This document shows, in pieces, positions 10,952-21,747 of a stretch of 64,000 nucleotides of DNA; the first letter of the stretch is position 1; every line of letters begins with the position of its first letter. A program made the translations under genes and the position numbers. The stretch covers positions 1,152,001 through 1,216,000 of the forward strand of contig CAVQHD010000001.1 of NCBI GenBank assembly GCA_963712275.1, read 5' to 3'. Below the pieces are notes generated by a model that was not told where the DNA came from, made no database searches, and saw nothing but the letters and a program-made list of their open reading frames with translations. The DNA comes from an uncultured Rhabdochlamydiaceae bacterium (GTDB lineage Bacteria > Chlamydiota > Chlamydiia > Chlamydiales > Rhabdochlamydiaceae).

Positions 10952-11156
10952 ATATCCTCGCTAAAAAAGAAAAAGATAGCACAGACGTGCTTAACACTCA
11001 AGAGGCAACTTGCCATATAAAAAATAGTTGATCTGGAAACGGAGACTTGTTAAGTATATTTTTTAAGACGAAAAATTTTACTGAGATAGGTTCTTCAAAT
11101 TCAAGTGAACTTTAATGCTTGGATCGATTACTTTATAGGTCTACCTAACCCAAGAG

Positions 11157-11600
11157 ATGAGTATGCCGATTTACGATATCTTTGAACGAAAAGAAGCAGA
11201 GCCCTTTCCTTCCCAAGCCCCTGAACCTCTTCCAGACGAAAGCAAAAAGGACCGTTTTTTTTCTTCAATGACAGCTCGTGTTTTATTTTTTCTGCTTCTC
11301 ATTGGCGATCTCTCATGGGCTCTATGGACTCTCTTTAAAATCGTCCTGTTTTTCCCTTTAAGCCTGATCACCTTTCAGCGATCTTTTAAAGTAACGCAGC
11401 ACCTTCGCCGCGCATGGCTTTCTTTGAAGAGAGCCGGAGTATGCGGGATCTCTCTTCTGATCGCTCTTTTCAGCCCAGCACTCGGAATTATGGTCGCTTG
11501 CACCTATTTCCTGATGTATGACAAAGCGGGCATCCAAGAGGTGGTTCCTCGGTCTTTGCAAGATCAATTTCAAGATTTCTTGAAAGAATCAAAATCTTAA
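11157..11600 (+). CDS. Hypothetical membrane protein
   Basis: 147-aa ORF with two long hydrophobic stretches. Confidence 0.7.
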   Translation: MSMPIYDIFERKEAEPFPSQAPEPLPDESKKDRFFSSMTARVLFFLLLIGDLSWALWTLFKIVLFFPLSLITFQRSFKVTQHLRRAWLSLKRAGVCGISLLIALFSPALGIMVACTYFLMYDKAGIQEVVPRSLQDQFQDFLKESKS

Positions 11601-11640
11601 ATATATACTGCGCCTCCGATACTGAAAGGAGGTCGAATAT

Positions 11641-12123
11641 ATGACAACGATTTGGAGTTCTTGCCGCGCATGGGCAGACTCGTCACAACGCCATTTAAAT
11701 ACGTGGATTCCTTCCCTTCCTCAGGATACCCTTTGGGGAGGCGTCAAAAGCATGACCGGTTCATTTGTCATTGGTACTGCGTGGTCGCAAGGAAATATCA
11801 TCGCAGGGGCAGAGTCGGCGATGCTTGCGGGGGTCGCAGTAATGGTTCATGCGGTTGTTGTCGTACTTTTAAATGCTGTTAAGCAGGAGATGCCGGAAGA
11901 AGAGCTTAAGCAGAAAAAAGAAGAGCTTAAGCGTGTTCCTCATCTGGCTGCTCTAACAGGATTTATCAGTGCTTACCTGATAGGGCACCAATTAGGATTC
12001 TCGATGCACGTGGTCAGCGTCGTTGCGACAGTGGTGCCTTATATTCTCAGCCGTTCTTCTGAGAGCTTAAAAGTTGGGACTCCTTTTTTTGGGGTCGTTG
12101 TGCTTTGCTGCCGGCGTGTTTAG
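11641..12123 (+). CDS. Hypothetical membrane protein
   Basis: Strong SD AAGGAGG upstream; hydrophobic segments; 3' end overlaps clpB convergently. Confidence 0.65.
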   Translation: MTTIWSSCRAWADSSQRHLNTWIPSLPQDTLWGGVKSMTGSFVIGTAWSQGNIIAGAESAMLAGVAVMVHAVVVVLLNAVKQEMPEEELKQKKEELKRVPHLAALTGFISAYLIGHQLGFSMHVVSVVATVVPYILSRSSESLKVGTPFFGVVVLCCRRV

Positions 12124-14698
12124 AGAAAGTGATCTTGTCTGCTTGGACCTCCAGGGAGATGGTCTGGTGCGGCATGAGATCTCCTTTTAGGAGGGCAGTT
12201 GAGAGCATGTTGACGACTTCATTTTGAATAAGTCGTTTGAGTGGGCGCGCTCCAAAGAGGGGATTGTACCCTTTTTCAGCTAGATAAGCAGAAACAGCTG
12301 GACCCCACTCCAGCTGAATGTCCCGCTCCTGCAGGCGGCTTCGAACGTGGCCCAGCTGCAAGGAGACAATGGCTTCCATATCTTTTTCCTGAAGAGGAAG
12401 AAAGGGTAAAATATCGTCTAAACGGTTAAGAAACTCAGGTCTAAAGTGGGCCTTCAAGATCGGATCGACAATTTTCAAGATCTCTTCTTTGGAAACGGTT
12501 TTTTCCTGAAGAAAATTTAAGAGTTCTTGAGATCCGAGGTTGGACGTCATGATAAAAAGGGTGTTTTTACAGTTGACAGTCCGTCCTTTGCTATCGGTGA
12601 TACGTCCATCGTCAAAAATCTGAAGCAAGATATTAAAGACATCAGGATGTGCCTTTTCAACTTCATCGAGGAGCACAACGGCATAAGGGTGTCTTCGAAG
12701 GGCCTCCGTTAGTTGTCCTCCTTCTTCATGGCCGATATAACCGGGGGGAGAGCCGATAAGCTTAGAAACGGTGTGCCTTTCCATGTATTCCGACATGTCA
12801 AGCCGGATCATTGCTTTTTCTTGGTCGAAAAGGAGGCGGGCAAGTGCCTTTGCAAGCTCTGTTTTACCCACCCCTGTCGGTCCTACGAATAAAAAGACGC
12901 CGATCGGCCGCTCGGGATCGCTGAGCCCTGCTCGAGAGCGTCTGATCGCTTCGCTCACAGCGTGGATGGCAAACGGCTGGCCTATGACCGATGCTGAAAG
13001 AGCTTTTTCAAGGTTTAGCAGCTTGGTGGCTTCTCCTTCCACCATTTTCTGGACAGGAATGCCTGTCCATTTCGACACAATTTGTGCAATGAGCTGCTCG
13101 TCGACTTCTTCTTTTAGGAGCCGATTTTGTTGATCGCCTAGCTTTTTTTGAACCTCTGCGATTTCTCTCTGAACAGCCGGAATTTGGCTGTACCGGATTT
13201 CAGCCACTTTATTGTAATCTCCAAGCCGTTCTGTCTCTTCTTCTTGGAATTTCAGCTGCTCAAGTTTGTTTTTTTTCTCCTTGAGAGATTCAATCAGTTG
13301 CTTCTCTTCATTCCAGCGGCTTCGTAAAACAACCAGTTCTTCTTTCAGATGGCCAATTTCTGCCGCGAGTTTTTCCAGCTCAGTTTTAGCAAGGGGAGAA
13401 TCTTCCCGCTTAAGAGCCTCTTGTTTGACGATAAGGGAGGCGAGCTGCCGCTCTTTCTGATCGATAGGAAGGGGTAGGCTGCCGAGCTGCATGCGGATCA
13501 AGCTAGCAGCCTCGTCGATGAGGTCAATTGCTTTATCAGGTAATTGCCTGTCGGAGATATATCGGTTCGATAGAAAAACAGCTGCGTGAAGAGCCTCTTC
13601 CGTGATCCGGACTCCATGGAAGATTTCATACCGCTCTCGAAGACCTCGAAGAATGGCAATCGCATTTTCAAGGGAAGGCTCTTCAATGAGAATCGGCTGA
13701 AAACGGCGCTCTAAGGCAGCATCTTTTTCGATATGTTTTTTGTACTCGGCAAGAGTCGTAGCCCCTATGCAATGGAGGGTCCCTCTGGCAAGCGCAGGTT
13801 TTAGCAGGTTGGCGGCATCCAAAGCCCCTTCTGTAGCGCCAGCTCCAACGAGTGTATGGACCTCGTCGATAAATAGAATGATCTTCCCCTCGCTTTTTTC
13901 TACCTCTTTCAAAATCCCTTTCAGCCTCTCTTCAAACTCTCCTCGGTATTTTGTTCCTGCAATAAGGCTTCCCATGTCGAGAGCAAAGAGCTGCCTTCCC
14001 TTCAATGGGTCGGGAACATCGCCCTGGATAATGCGCTGGGCAAGCCCTTCGGCAATGGCTGTTTTTCCAACACCTGGCTCTCCAATCAGAAGAGGGTTGT
14101 TTTTAGTGCGGCGGGAGAGCACCTGTATCGCCCGTCTAATCTCTTCATCCCGTCCAATGACAGGATCGAGCTTTCCTTCACGGGCGAGCGTTGTGAGATT
14201 TTTGCAATATTTATCAAGGGTTTGCAGTCCCTGTTCAGCTGTCGGCGAGTCCATTTGCGCACCTCCTCGAATTTCTTTGATTTTAAGTTCCGCATCTTCA
14301 AGGGAAAGAGGGGCATTTTTTGCTCCGCTCGCGAAAAGATCCCGCCGATGTTTCCAAAAAGCAAGGAGCAAATGATCACTTGAGATAAAGGTATCATTCC
14401 ATTTTTTTGCAACTCCCTGCGCTTCCTGAAGAATGGACTGAAGAGAAGAGGAGATGGCAGGCTGCTTAGAAGATCCTTCATACGTTGGAAGCTTTTGGAT
14501 TAAAGCCTTGAGTTTTGCCAGAAATTTTTCACGATCCAGCTGAAGGGAAGGGGCAACCGTCGAACAATAACTTCCCGGATCGGAAAATAGAGCCTGCAAG
14601 AGATGAAGGTCGCTGACCTCTGTCTGATGGCACGCTGCGGCTTCTTCAACTGCCGCTTGCAATGCGCTTTCAACCGCTTCTGTCAATTGAGGAGTCAT
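12047..14698 (-). CDS. clpB: ATP-dependent disaggregase ClpB
   Basis: Two AAA modules ([16 protein letters not shown]) with a coiled-coil middle domain. Confidence 0.96.
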   Translation of the reverse strand: MTPQLTEAVESALQAAVEEAAACHQTEVSDLHLLQALFSDPGSYCSTVAPSLQLDREKFLAKLKALIQKLPTYEGSSKQPAISSSLQSILQEAQGVAKKWNDTFISSDHLLLAFWKHRRDLFASGAKNAPLSLEDAELKIKEIRGGAQMDSPTAEQGLQTLDKYCKNLTTLAREGKLDPVIGRDEEIRRAIQVLSRRTKNNPLLIGEPGVGKTAIAEGLAQRIIQGDVPDPLKGRQLFALDMGSLIAGTKYRGEFEERLKGILKEVEKSEGKIILFIDEVHTLVGAGATEGALDAANLLKPALARGTLHCIGATTLAEYKKHIEKDAALERRFQPILIEEPSLENAIAILRGLRERYEIFHGVRITEEALHAAVFLSNRYISDRQLPDKAIDLIDEAASLIRMQLGSLPLPIDQKERQLASLIVKQEALKREDSPLAKTELEKLAAEIGHLKEELVVLRSRWNEEKQLIESLKEKKNKLEQLKFQEEETERLGDYNKVAEIRYSQIPAVQREIAEVQKKLGDQQNRLLKEEVDEQLIAQIVSKWTGIPVQKMVEGEATKLLNLEKALSASVIGQPFAIHAVSEAIRRSRAGLSDPERPIGVFLFVGPTGVGKTELAKALARLLFDQEKAMIRLDMSEYMERHTVSKLIGSPPGYIGHEEGGQLTEALRRHPYAVVLLDEVEKAHPDVFNILLQIFDDGRITDSKGRTVNCKNTLFIMTSNLGSQELLNFLQEKTVSKEEILKIVDPILKAHFRPEFLNRLDDILPFLPLQEKDMEAIVSLQLGHVRSRLQERDIQLEWGPAVSAYLAEKGYNPLFGARPLKRLIQNEVVNMLSTALLKGDLMPHQTISLEVQADKITFSKHAGSKAQRPQKKESQLLSSQKNG

Positions 14699-15037
14699 CG
14701 GTTTGGTCCTTGCTGTAGATAGATTAGCACTGAGATAGAGAAATTAACAAGTGTTCACTCGTTTTTAAGATGGGGCATCGGCACCGCCACCAAACGGTCC
14801 CATACCGTCTCTTCCAAGACAATATCGACCATTTTGAGCTTATCCCTTGACCAGGTAAAACAATTGTTGGCTTTAAGGACCTCTTTTTTTATATCAGAAT
14901 TATTCTTTTTAAGTTCTTCCAACGCGTTTTTATTGTATTTTATTGAGATGTAATTAAATCCGTATTTTTAGATCCGCAAAAATAATTAACAAAAGTAGAA
15001 ATTGGGTTCCAGATACTCATATGTTTGTCTTTTTCTC

Positions 15038-15568
15038 TTAATTTTTAAATAATTTATTTGATAATTCGGTATTATTATGCCAATGCCATGTAGGACCATA
15101 TAACAAGCCGTCTTTGATTCCTTTTGATATAAACAAAACATAGCTAACAATCCCGGCAATAATTAATATATTTGCTATTAATTTTACCATAGGTTGATCT
15201 TGCTTAATAATATCTAACAAACGAATAATATGGATTGCTATTCCTGCTATAATAATTTTATTTGTGCATGAAGGGAACGCTAATTCCTTGCTCAACCGAG
15301 TTACTTGAAGGACAATTTCCTTTCCAATAGCAGCTTCTTCTAAGCTGTGGTTGGGATTTCCTTTTTGGTTATCTTTTTTTTCTAATTGATAGATGCGTCG
15401 GTAGAGGTCTACGAGTGGACAATAACCTTTGCATCCTTCTGCATAAATATATCTGTTACCCCAAAAAGAAATCCCCACGACCGCTTTTTTTAGGGTGTTA
15501 TTTAAGACCTGATATGTCTCGATACTCTGATAGGGTGTATTGATCACAGCCATGAGGTCTTGTGTCAT
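15038..15568 (-). CDS. Hypothetical membrane protein, AT-rich
   Basis: 176-aa ORF, SD GGAG upstream, two hydrophobic segments. Confidence 0.6.
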   Translation of the reverse strand: MTQDLMAVINTPYQSIETYQVLNNTLKKAVVGISFWGNRYIYAEGCKGYCPLVDLYRRIYQLEKKDNQKGNPNHSLEEAAIGKEIVLQVTRLSKELAFPSCTNKIIIAGIAIHIIRLLDIIKQDQPMVKLIANILIIAGIVSYVLFISKGIKDGLLYGPTWHWHNNTELSNKLFKN

Positions 15569-15766
15569 AGAAATCTCCGTTTATATTGAGAAATATTCTA
15601 CAAAACTCTCAGCTTTAGTCCTAGGAGTAAATTTTTTTCCTACGCAAAGATCCGTTTACCCATTGACTTCAGCAGGATCAACAAGGGCGCGGAAATCATG
15701 ACCGATCACCTGGTTAAAAAAATAGATTAACAACCTAAAAAAATGTCATTCGTGTAGAATGTAGCC

Positions 15767-16801
15767 ATGGCGTCATGCATAGAAACAATCAGCCCTCGTG
15801 TCGACATCGCCTTTAAAAAGATCTTTGGTGTTGAAGAAAATAAAGACCTCTTAATCTCGCTCATTAACTCGATTGTAGGACCTGAAGATCAAGTCACTGA
15901 TGTGACCCTTTTAAATCCTTACAACCCTAAAAATTTTAGAGAAGATAAGCTCTCGATCTTGGACATCAAGGCCGAAGGCAAAGATGGGAAGCGCTTCAAT
16001 ATCGAAATTCAAATCAGCGATGAAGCCGATTATGATAAAAGAGCCCTCTACTACTGGGCAAAGTTGTATACGGAGCAGCTCAAGGTCACAGAAGATTACG
16101 CTCTATTATCCAAAGCTATCGGAATCCATATCCTTAACTTTACCTCGATTCCTAGAGAAGAAAAATACCACAACGTCTTCCATATTCGAGAACAAGCGAG
16201 CCATCTTCCCTATTTTGAAGATTTAGAACTGCATACCATCGAGCTAAAGAAGTTCTGTAGCAACCGTCAAGAAGAGCTCTCCGATCTGATCGTTAAAGTG
16301 AAAACATCTCTCGATATGTGGGTCGCTTTTTTAACGCGGCATGATCTGCTCAAAAAAGATCACCTGCCAGCTCCTTTAAACAATCCGTCTTTGCAAAAAG
16401 CCCTCCATGTGCTCGATGTGATGAACTTTGGACCCGAAGAGCGAGAAGCGTATGAAGACCATCTTAAATGGCTGAGAATTGAAACGAATACCCTAAGGAA
16501 ATCAAGAGAAGAAGGGATCCAAGAAGGAAAAGAACTTGGAATCCAGGAGGGCAAACAGCTTGGAATTCAGGAGGGAAAAGAACTCGGAATCCAAGAGGGC
16601 AAACAGCTTGGAATTCAAGAGGGAAAAGAACTCGGAATCCAAGAGGGTAAGCAGTTTGGAATTCAAGAAGGAAAAGAACTTGGAATCCAAGAAGGGGAGA
16701 AAAAAAAGAGTTTAGAAGTCGCCCAAAAGATGCTTCTGCAAGGGTTTTCTATGAAGCAAGTCGTTCAGATCACTGGACTTTCCGAGTCGGATGTTAAGTA
16801 G
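15767..16801 (+). CDS. Rpn / PD-(D/E)XK_2-family nuclease (YhgA-like)
   Basis: DIAFKKIFG, ILDIKA...NIEIQ...RALYYWAKLY; C-terminal EG-repeats then VAQKMLLQG...QITGLS. Confidence 0.92.
   Translation: MASCIETISPRVDIAFKKIFGVEENKDLLISLINSIVGPEDQVTDVTLLNPYNPKNFREDKLSILDIKAEGKDGKRFNIEIQISDEADYDKRALYYWAKLYTEQLKVTEDYALLSKAIGIHILNFTSIPREEKYHNVFHIREQASHLPYFEDLELHTIELKKFCSNRQEELSDLIVKVKTSLDMWVAFLTRHDLLKKDHLPAPLNNPSLQKALHVLDVMNFGPEEREAYEDHLKWLRIETNTLRKSREEGIQEGKELGIQEGKQLGIQEGKELGIQEGKQLGIQEGKELGIQEGKQFGIQEGKELGIQEGEKKKSLEVAQKMLLQGFSMKQVVQITGLSESDVK
16514..16696 (+). repeat. In-frame 24-nt tandem repeat GIQEGK(E/Q)(L/F), 7 full units plus a partial one
   Basis: Units start at 16514, 16538, 16562, 16586, 16610, 16634, 16658 and 16682; E and Q alternate, giving a 48-nt higher-order unit. 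Confidence 0.95.
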
Positions 16802-16938
16802 CTCAAGAGGAAATCTTCATGTTGCAAGCTTTAACGCAGCCTCCATTTTTGTCCAAATCCAGATAAAAAATTAGCTTTATTAAAAATCTTGTTGTATGGA
16901 TACTGACTCAAAAAATCCATACGTAGGAGTCATCTTCT

Positions 16939-19914
16939 ATGGCGTTGAAAGGGCAAGCGAGTCCAGCGCGTCGATTCTATGAAATAACGAAGGTCTTGAT
17001 CAGCTCGGCGGCGCTGCTCTCCTCGGTGTGGATACCGCCGCTTCAGGCAGCCAGCTGTCCGATTACTCAAGGGGGGTACTTAGGAAATCAAGGGACAAAT
17101 AGCGGAAACTGTGAGACGCTGAGCCTTCCGCCTCTTGATGCTTTCGGCTCTCTTTCTGTCAATCAGAATGCTCCCTTGAATCTTGTGAACCGATTGAACC
17201 CAAATCAACTGCCGACCACAAATAATTTTCAGAATTTTCAGAACCCGTGCGCCATCAATCAAAATACATGGGTTAATTCAGGTCCAGGGCTTGTCGGTCC
17301 TATCAATCCTGTGCGGACGGGCCCTTTCCAGGCTTATTTATGCCGCACGGGCCCTGCGTTCATTATCCCCGCCTACAATTTTAATACGGATAGCTTAATC
17401 AGCAATCCCCCTCCCGTTTATGGAAAGGGGCTTTACCTTCCCAATTTGGCGACGGCGCCCTCGATTAATTTCTTCTTAAGTGCAACAGAGACGAATCAAG
17501 GAGCTCCAAATGATTATTTTAACATCTCGACAAATGTGGTCAATTCAGCAACGTGCGTGGTGACTTATACTCCTGTTAATGGGACTGCGGGATTCATCCA
17601 AGATTATCACGTCATGGGGAATCTGTTTCATGATATTTACTATGAAAACCTGACTCCTGCGATTGCCTGCGAGCAAAGCCTAGCCGATGCATCGGGAATG
17701 GTTCCGATTAGCGTAGATGGCGGAGCGATCCAATACCTTCCTTACGGAAGTATTGTAACAGGAAGGAGCTTTCAGATCTTTTTTCCTAGAGGGCTAGCGG
17801 GGCCGCCGCCGTATCCGCCGGCGACCCTGATCATTTTTGCAGAAAATAGCGCAGCAACTCCAATTCAATTCACGCTGCTTGGAGTCCCCGGCAATAAGTT
17901 TATCTTAACGGCGACCGTCCCCTTTACAGGGTTTATTCGCCTGGCGACGGTGTCGAGTCAAGATCAGCTACCGCTGGCGGGTTCGACATGGAATCAAGCG
18001 ACGTTTTACAATCCTGAAAATACAGGAGATGCCAGTGACTCATCGAACCCGCCTAATAACTGTGCGATTGAAGATCCGGCTTGTCCTTATGTGCCCCTTT
18101 CATGCATGTGGTGGAGGACGGTGCTGGTGCAAGCGATTGCTCCAACGCCGATGAGCTACTATCTTCTCACTCCGAATCAGCCAGGAGGGTGGGCGACGCT
18201 CTTTCACGAGTATACTGTGAAGCTGCTGGGTTCCCCGTGGACCCCTCCCACAGGGGGATGTTTTAGCGTTCCCAATCCTCCAGGAGGAGATCCTTTCCAT
18301 CCAGACCCGTCAGGTATTACGGTCATGATGCCGATCATCGCGCTCCAAGATTACAATTTGGCGAACACCTACTACAACAATTACTACGCCTATTTCAACC
18401 CCGCTCCTGGAGTGGGTAATCAGACATATGGAAATGGAATTGTCACCTCCAACTATTTTCTTCTTCAATTTAACATGATGCTAGCGCAGTTTTTGAGTTC
18501 CGATATCTCTACTTTTCAAGCGGCTCAAAGGCGGCTTCCGCCCTATACTATCACGGCGCCTGTGGACACGTATGGAGTCTATGCCGCACACCGCCGGTAC
18601 ATCCCCATCCAGGCTGATATCTCGTATACCAACCAGTCAATCACGTGGAGTTATACGCTCTCGCCGATTGTGAACCCAGGAGACGGCTCGAATAAAACGC
18701 TCGTTTGCTTCCCTTTTTGGAAATATTTGCAAGGGCTTACAGCAGGTGTGGTGAACACAACTCCAGGAGGAGGGCAGCCCTTACAGAACTTTATCTATAA
18801 TGACGTTATTAAAGGGACGTTTTACGCAGCGGAAGCGTTGAATGGGACTGTGACCTTCTTAGAAGGAGGGCTCCCATCGTGGTATGGAACCGACTTGTTT
18901 ATTCCGAGTACATTCACATTTACAGGGCTTCAAATCACGACTCTTAACAACATTCTGAATAACATTTTTCCCAACCTTATTGACCCGCTCCCTCTTTTTC
19001 CTGAGGTCTATTTGAATAACGCCTATACAGGGTTAAGAACAGCCTTTATGCTGGCTAACACGGGTCTTGCGATTGCTTATTTTTTAAATGCCACCGGCCA
19101 ATCGGGGCTCATTCCGACAGAGTCGAAACCGTTTATTGATAATGCAATCAGTGTCTTATCGGCCTATTTGATCAATCGAACGCCGGGGATTAACTTTTTT
19201 GTTGCCGATCGGACCTCGGGAGGAATCTGCGTTAATGGAGGGGGAGGCATTGGAGACTATCCAGAAGGGCCCAATCTTCAAGAGATTAATGACTCAGGCT
19301 CTGACTTCGGAAACTACATCTATAACGACCACCATTTCTTTGCAGGTTATTTTCTCTTAGCTTCTGCCATGGTTACAGATTGGCAGTTAACCTATGGAGG
19401 AGGCGCCCCTCTTTGGGTTGAACTGCCTGTGCTTGGCGCAGATAATCAAGAGTATCAGGTGCGAGATTTTATAGACTTTCTTTGGAGGGATGTGCATAAC
19501 CCTTTTACAAATGATCCAGACCTGCCGTATGACCGTTACGGCCTTCCTTGGGAAGGGCATAGTGTTGCCAATGGGATGCAGTACGACCCGAATGCCAGCG
19601 GAAGAAACCAGGAGAGTATTGCAGAGGATTTTAACTGTTGGTATGGAATGAATGTCTATGCAAGGGCGATGTTGCAAACAACGCTGACCGCTGCTCAGAC
19701 AGCTAAATATCAGGCGATCCAAGATTTTAGTGAGATGAATATGAAGATGAACGGAAGCAGCGCCATCATGTGGTTTAAGAATTCGCAATATTGGCGAGTC
19801 GTCACTGATTTCACAACGCTCACGCCGTCAATTTGCGTGGGGCAATTTTCCCAGGTGACTGTGACCAATGGACAGGTGAACGATAACGCCATGCAGAACC
19901 AAGTGTTTCAATGA
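16939..19914 (+). CDS. Secreted GH81-like endo-beta-1,3-glucanase
   Basis: Signal peptide; DFGNYIYNDHHFFAGYF, RYGLPWEGHSVANG and GRNQESIAEDFN match GH81 catalytic motifs. Confidence 0.85.
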   Translation: MALKGQASPARRFYEITKVLISSAALLSSVWIPPLQAASCPITQGGYLGNQGTNSGNCETLSLPPLDAFGSLSVNQNAPLNLVNRLNPNQLPTTNNFQNFQNPCAINQNTWVNSGPGLVGPINPVRTGPFQAYLCRTGPAFIIPAYNFNTDSLISNPPPVYGKGLYLPNLATAPSINFFLSATETNQGAPNDYFNISTNVVNSATCVVTYTPVNGTAGFIQDYHVMGNLFHDIYYENLTPAIACEQSLADASGMVPISVDGGAIQYLPYGSIVTGRSFQIFFPRGLAGPPPYPPATLIIFAENSAATPIQFTLLGVPGNKFILTATVPFTGFIRLATVSSQDQLPLAGSTWNQATFYNPENTGDASDSSNPPNNCAIEDPACPYVPLSCMWWRTVLVQAIAPTPMSYYLLTPNQPGGWATLFHEYTVKLLGSPWTPPTGGCFSVPNPPGGDPFHPDPSGITVMMPIIALQDYNLANTYYNNYYAYFNPAPGVGNQTYGNGIVTSNYFLLQFNMMLAQFLSSDISTFQAAQRRLPPYTITAPVDTYGVYAAHRRYIPIQADISYTNQSITWSYTLSPIVNPGDGSNKTLVCFPFWKYLQGLTAGVVNTTPGGGQPLQNFIYNDVIKGTFYAAEALNGTVTFLEGGLPSWYGTDLFIPSTFTFTGLQITTLNNILNNIFPNLIDPLPLFPEVYLNNAYTGLRTAFMLANTGLAIAYFLNATGQSGLIPTESKPFIDNAISVLSAYLINRTPGINFFVADRTSGGICVNGGGGIGDYPEGPNLQEINDSGSDFGNYIYNDHHFFAGYFLLASAMVTDWQLTYGGGAPLWVELPVLGADNQEYQVRDFIDFLWRDVHNPFTNDPDLPYDRYGLPWEGHSVANGMQYDPNASGRNQESIAEDFNCWYGMNVYARAMLQTTLTAAQTAKYQAIQDFSEMNMKMNGSSAIMWFKNSQYWRVVTDFTTLTPSICVGQFSQVTVTNGQVNDNAMQNQVFQ

Positions 19915-21737
19915 AAATTTTACTGGTAATATTCACCCTCTTCTATGTGCGCTGCTTTGCTATAGAGCTCTATCCTGTTTCCACCTTTGTCTTTAAATAT
20001 GTGAAAAACCATCCAGAGCATATCTCTCTCGAAGAGTTAAGCCTTATCTCTGTCTCTCTTGTTCAAACACCAGAAGGGTATTTTTCCTCGCACGAAGAAG
20101 AGACCCTTTCAACGCCTTATCGAGAGGTGCGCCCCTCTATTCAAGAAATGAACCAATCGGGAGTGCACTATTTTTCTAAACAAGCTTTAGCTGACATTTT
20201 AGAGGCAGCTCATGAGTTTTTTGAGGAGAAGGGGATCCATTGGACCTATTTGGCCATCAGCGACAATCAAATGACGCCAAAAGGACGCGATCTCCGTCCG
20301 CAAGGTCAGCAAGAGCTTGTCGTTGAAGTCGCTGTGCCAGTCATCAAATCAGTCGCTGTGAAAGCCTCAGAGAGCAGTGATCTCAAGCAGCCCGCCTATG
20401 TTCAGAAGCAATCGGATCGAATTGTGGACAATTTTCCTCTGCCGCTTCCCGATCCATCGACAGGGTATCCTGGCGCTTATGTCGATCCAGACAGCCTTAA
20501 TAACTATCTCTACTCCCTCAATCGCCACCCGGGGAAAAGGGTCGACCTTGAAATCGGCCCGACGCATACACCTGGAGGAGTAACGCTCGATTTTGTAATC
20601 ACGGAAGAGCGCCCTTACCACTTCTATTTCTCTGCGACAAATAACATTCCTAAAGTGATTCACCAGTGGCAAGAATCGGTTGGGTTTTTACACACGCAGC
20701 TCACGGGCCATGATGATATTTTAAGGTTAAATTACTCGACCGATGGGAATGAATCTTTTTATACGGTTTTTGCATCCTATGAAGCCCCTTTTGGCCAAGC
20801 GATTGGAAAAAGGTGGAGTGTGTCGGGCAATTACAACCGTTTTATTTCGGCCGAGTTTGGCTTAGCGCCCAATCTATTTAGAGGAACGCAAGGGATCGTC
20901 GATCTTGAGTTCATCGCGACGCTCTATCAGAAAAACAAATTTTTCTTAGAGGGGTTCGGCATTGTTGAATACCGGCATATTCATAATCGGCAGCATGCTC
21001 TGAACCCTTCTGTGATGAAAAACTTTATCTTCCCTTCTTTGGGACTGAAAGCAGTGGAACTCAAACTCGAGCGAAAAATCATTGCAACTGTTCAGCTTGA
21101 AAGTACGATGAGCAGCCTATTTTGGGATGTCAGGCATCGATTAGATGCGTTAGGAAGGAAGAATTTAAGCCCTAATTGGGCCCTGATTGAAGCGAACTTA
21201 TACTGGAGTTTTTACCTTGAACCTGTGATACATCGGCGTGTAAGGCGGATGGCAAGCGAGGTCGTTGTTTTGGGACAGTTCCAAAATGCGTTTAACCTTA
21301 GGCTCATCCCTGAATTAGAGGGAGTTTTAGGCGGAGTGAGTACTGTGAGAGGGTATCCTCAATCGACTGTTGCCGGAGATAATTTGTATTTGGCGTCGGT
21401 CGAGTACCGGTTTCACCTTCCGCAGGCCTTTAAACCAACTCGCAGCGGGAAGAGCAAACTCTTTGGGAAAGAGCTGAGATGGACTCCTGCAGAGCCTAAG
21501 GGAAGAGCAGATTGGGATCTGGTTTTTAGGGTCTTTTATGATCTAGGAAGAACGACGAATAACCGACCCGTGAAAGGAGAAAATAACTTCACTGTGGAAG
21601 GGATCGGACTTGGCGCCGATTTTGTTTTATGGAGCAACCTTGTATTGAAATACGATTGGGGGACGGCCTTGAAATCGGCCCATGGCATTGATAAAGGGCA
21701 TCATCAATCGTATTTTTCCGCCGTGTTAATGTATTAG
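19911..21737 (+). CDS. TpsB (ShlB/FhaC/HecB) outer-membrane transporter
   Basis: Signal peptide, POTRA-like LNRHPGKRVDLEI, LTGHDDIL, LGGVSTVRGY motif, terminal aromatic residue. Confidence 0.9.
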   Translation: MKILLVIFTLFYVRCFAIELYPVSTFVFKYVKNHPEHISLEELSLISVSLVQTPEGYFSSHEEETLSTPYREVRPSIQEMNQSGVHYFSKQALADILEAAHEFFEEKGIHWTYLAISDNQMTPKGRDLRPQGQQELVVEVAVPVIKSVAVKASESSDLKQPAYVQKQSDRIVDNFPLPLPDPSTGYPGAYVDPDSLNNYLYSLNRHPGKRVDLEIGPTHTPGGVTLDFVITEERPYHFYFSATNNIPKVIHQWQESVGFLHTQLTGHDDILRLNYSTDGNESFYTVFASYEAPFGQAIGKRWSVSGNYNRFISAEFGLAPNLFRGTQGIVDLEFIATLYQKNKFFLEGFGIVEYRHIHNRQHALNPSVMKNFIFPSLGLKAVELKLERKIIATVQLESTMSSLFWDVRHRLDALGRKNLSPNWALIEANLYWSFYLEPVIHRRVRRMASEVVVLGQFQNAFNLRLIPELEGVLGGVSTVRGYPQSTVAGDNLYLASVEYRFHLPQAFKPTRSGKSKLFGKELRWTPAEPKGRADWDLVFRVFYDLGRTTNNRPVKGENNFTVEGIGLGADFVLWSNLVLKYDWGTALKSAHGIDKGHHQSYFSAVLMY

Positions 21738-21747
21738 AGGGGTAAAG

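Noticed and set aside
12241..14481. Long antisense and alternate-frame ORFs inside clpB (similar ones in cdsUV, sucCD, ileS)
   Set aside because: These are expected shadows of conserved genes with no independent motifs.
14723..14750. Possible CIRCE/HrcA operator upstream of clpB (TTAGCACT)
   Set aside because: Only the left half-site matches; there is no GAGTGCTAA at the 9-nt spacing.
14754..15020. Possible degraded minus-strand gene upstream of clpB
   Set aside because: Short broken frames with no recognisable family.
16514..16696. Regular repeats resembling a CRISPR array
   Set aside because: The units are contiguous in-frame coding repeats with no unique spacers, and there are no cas genes.
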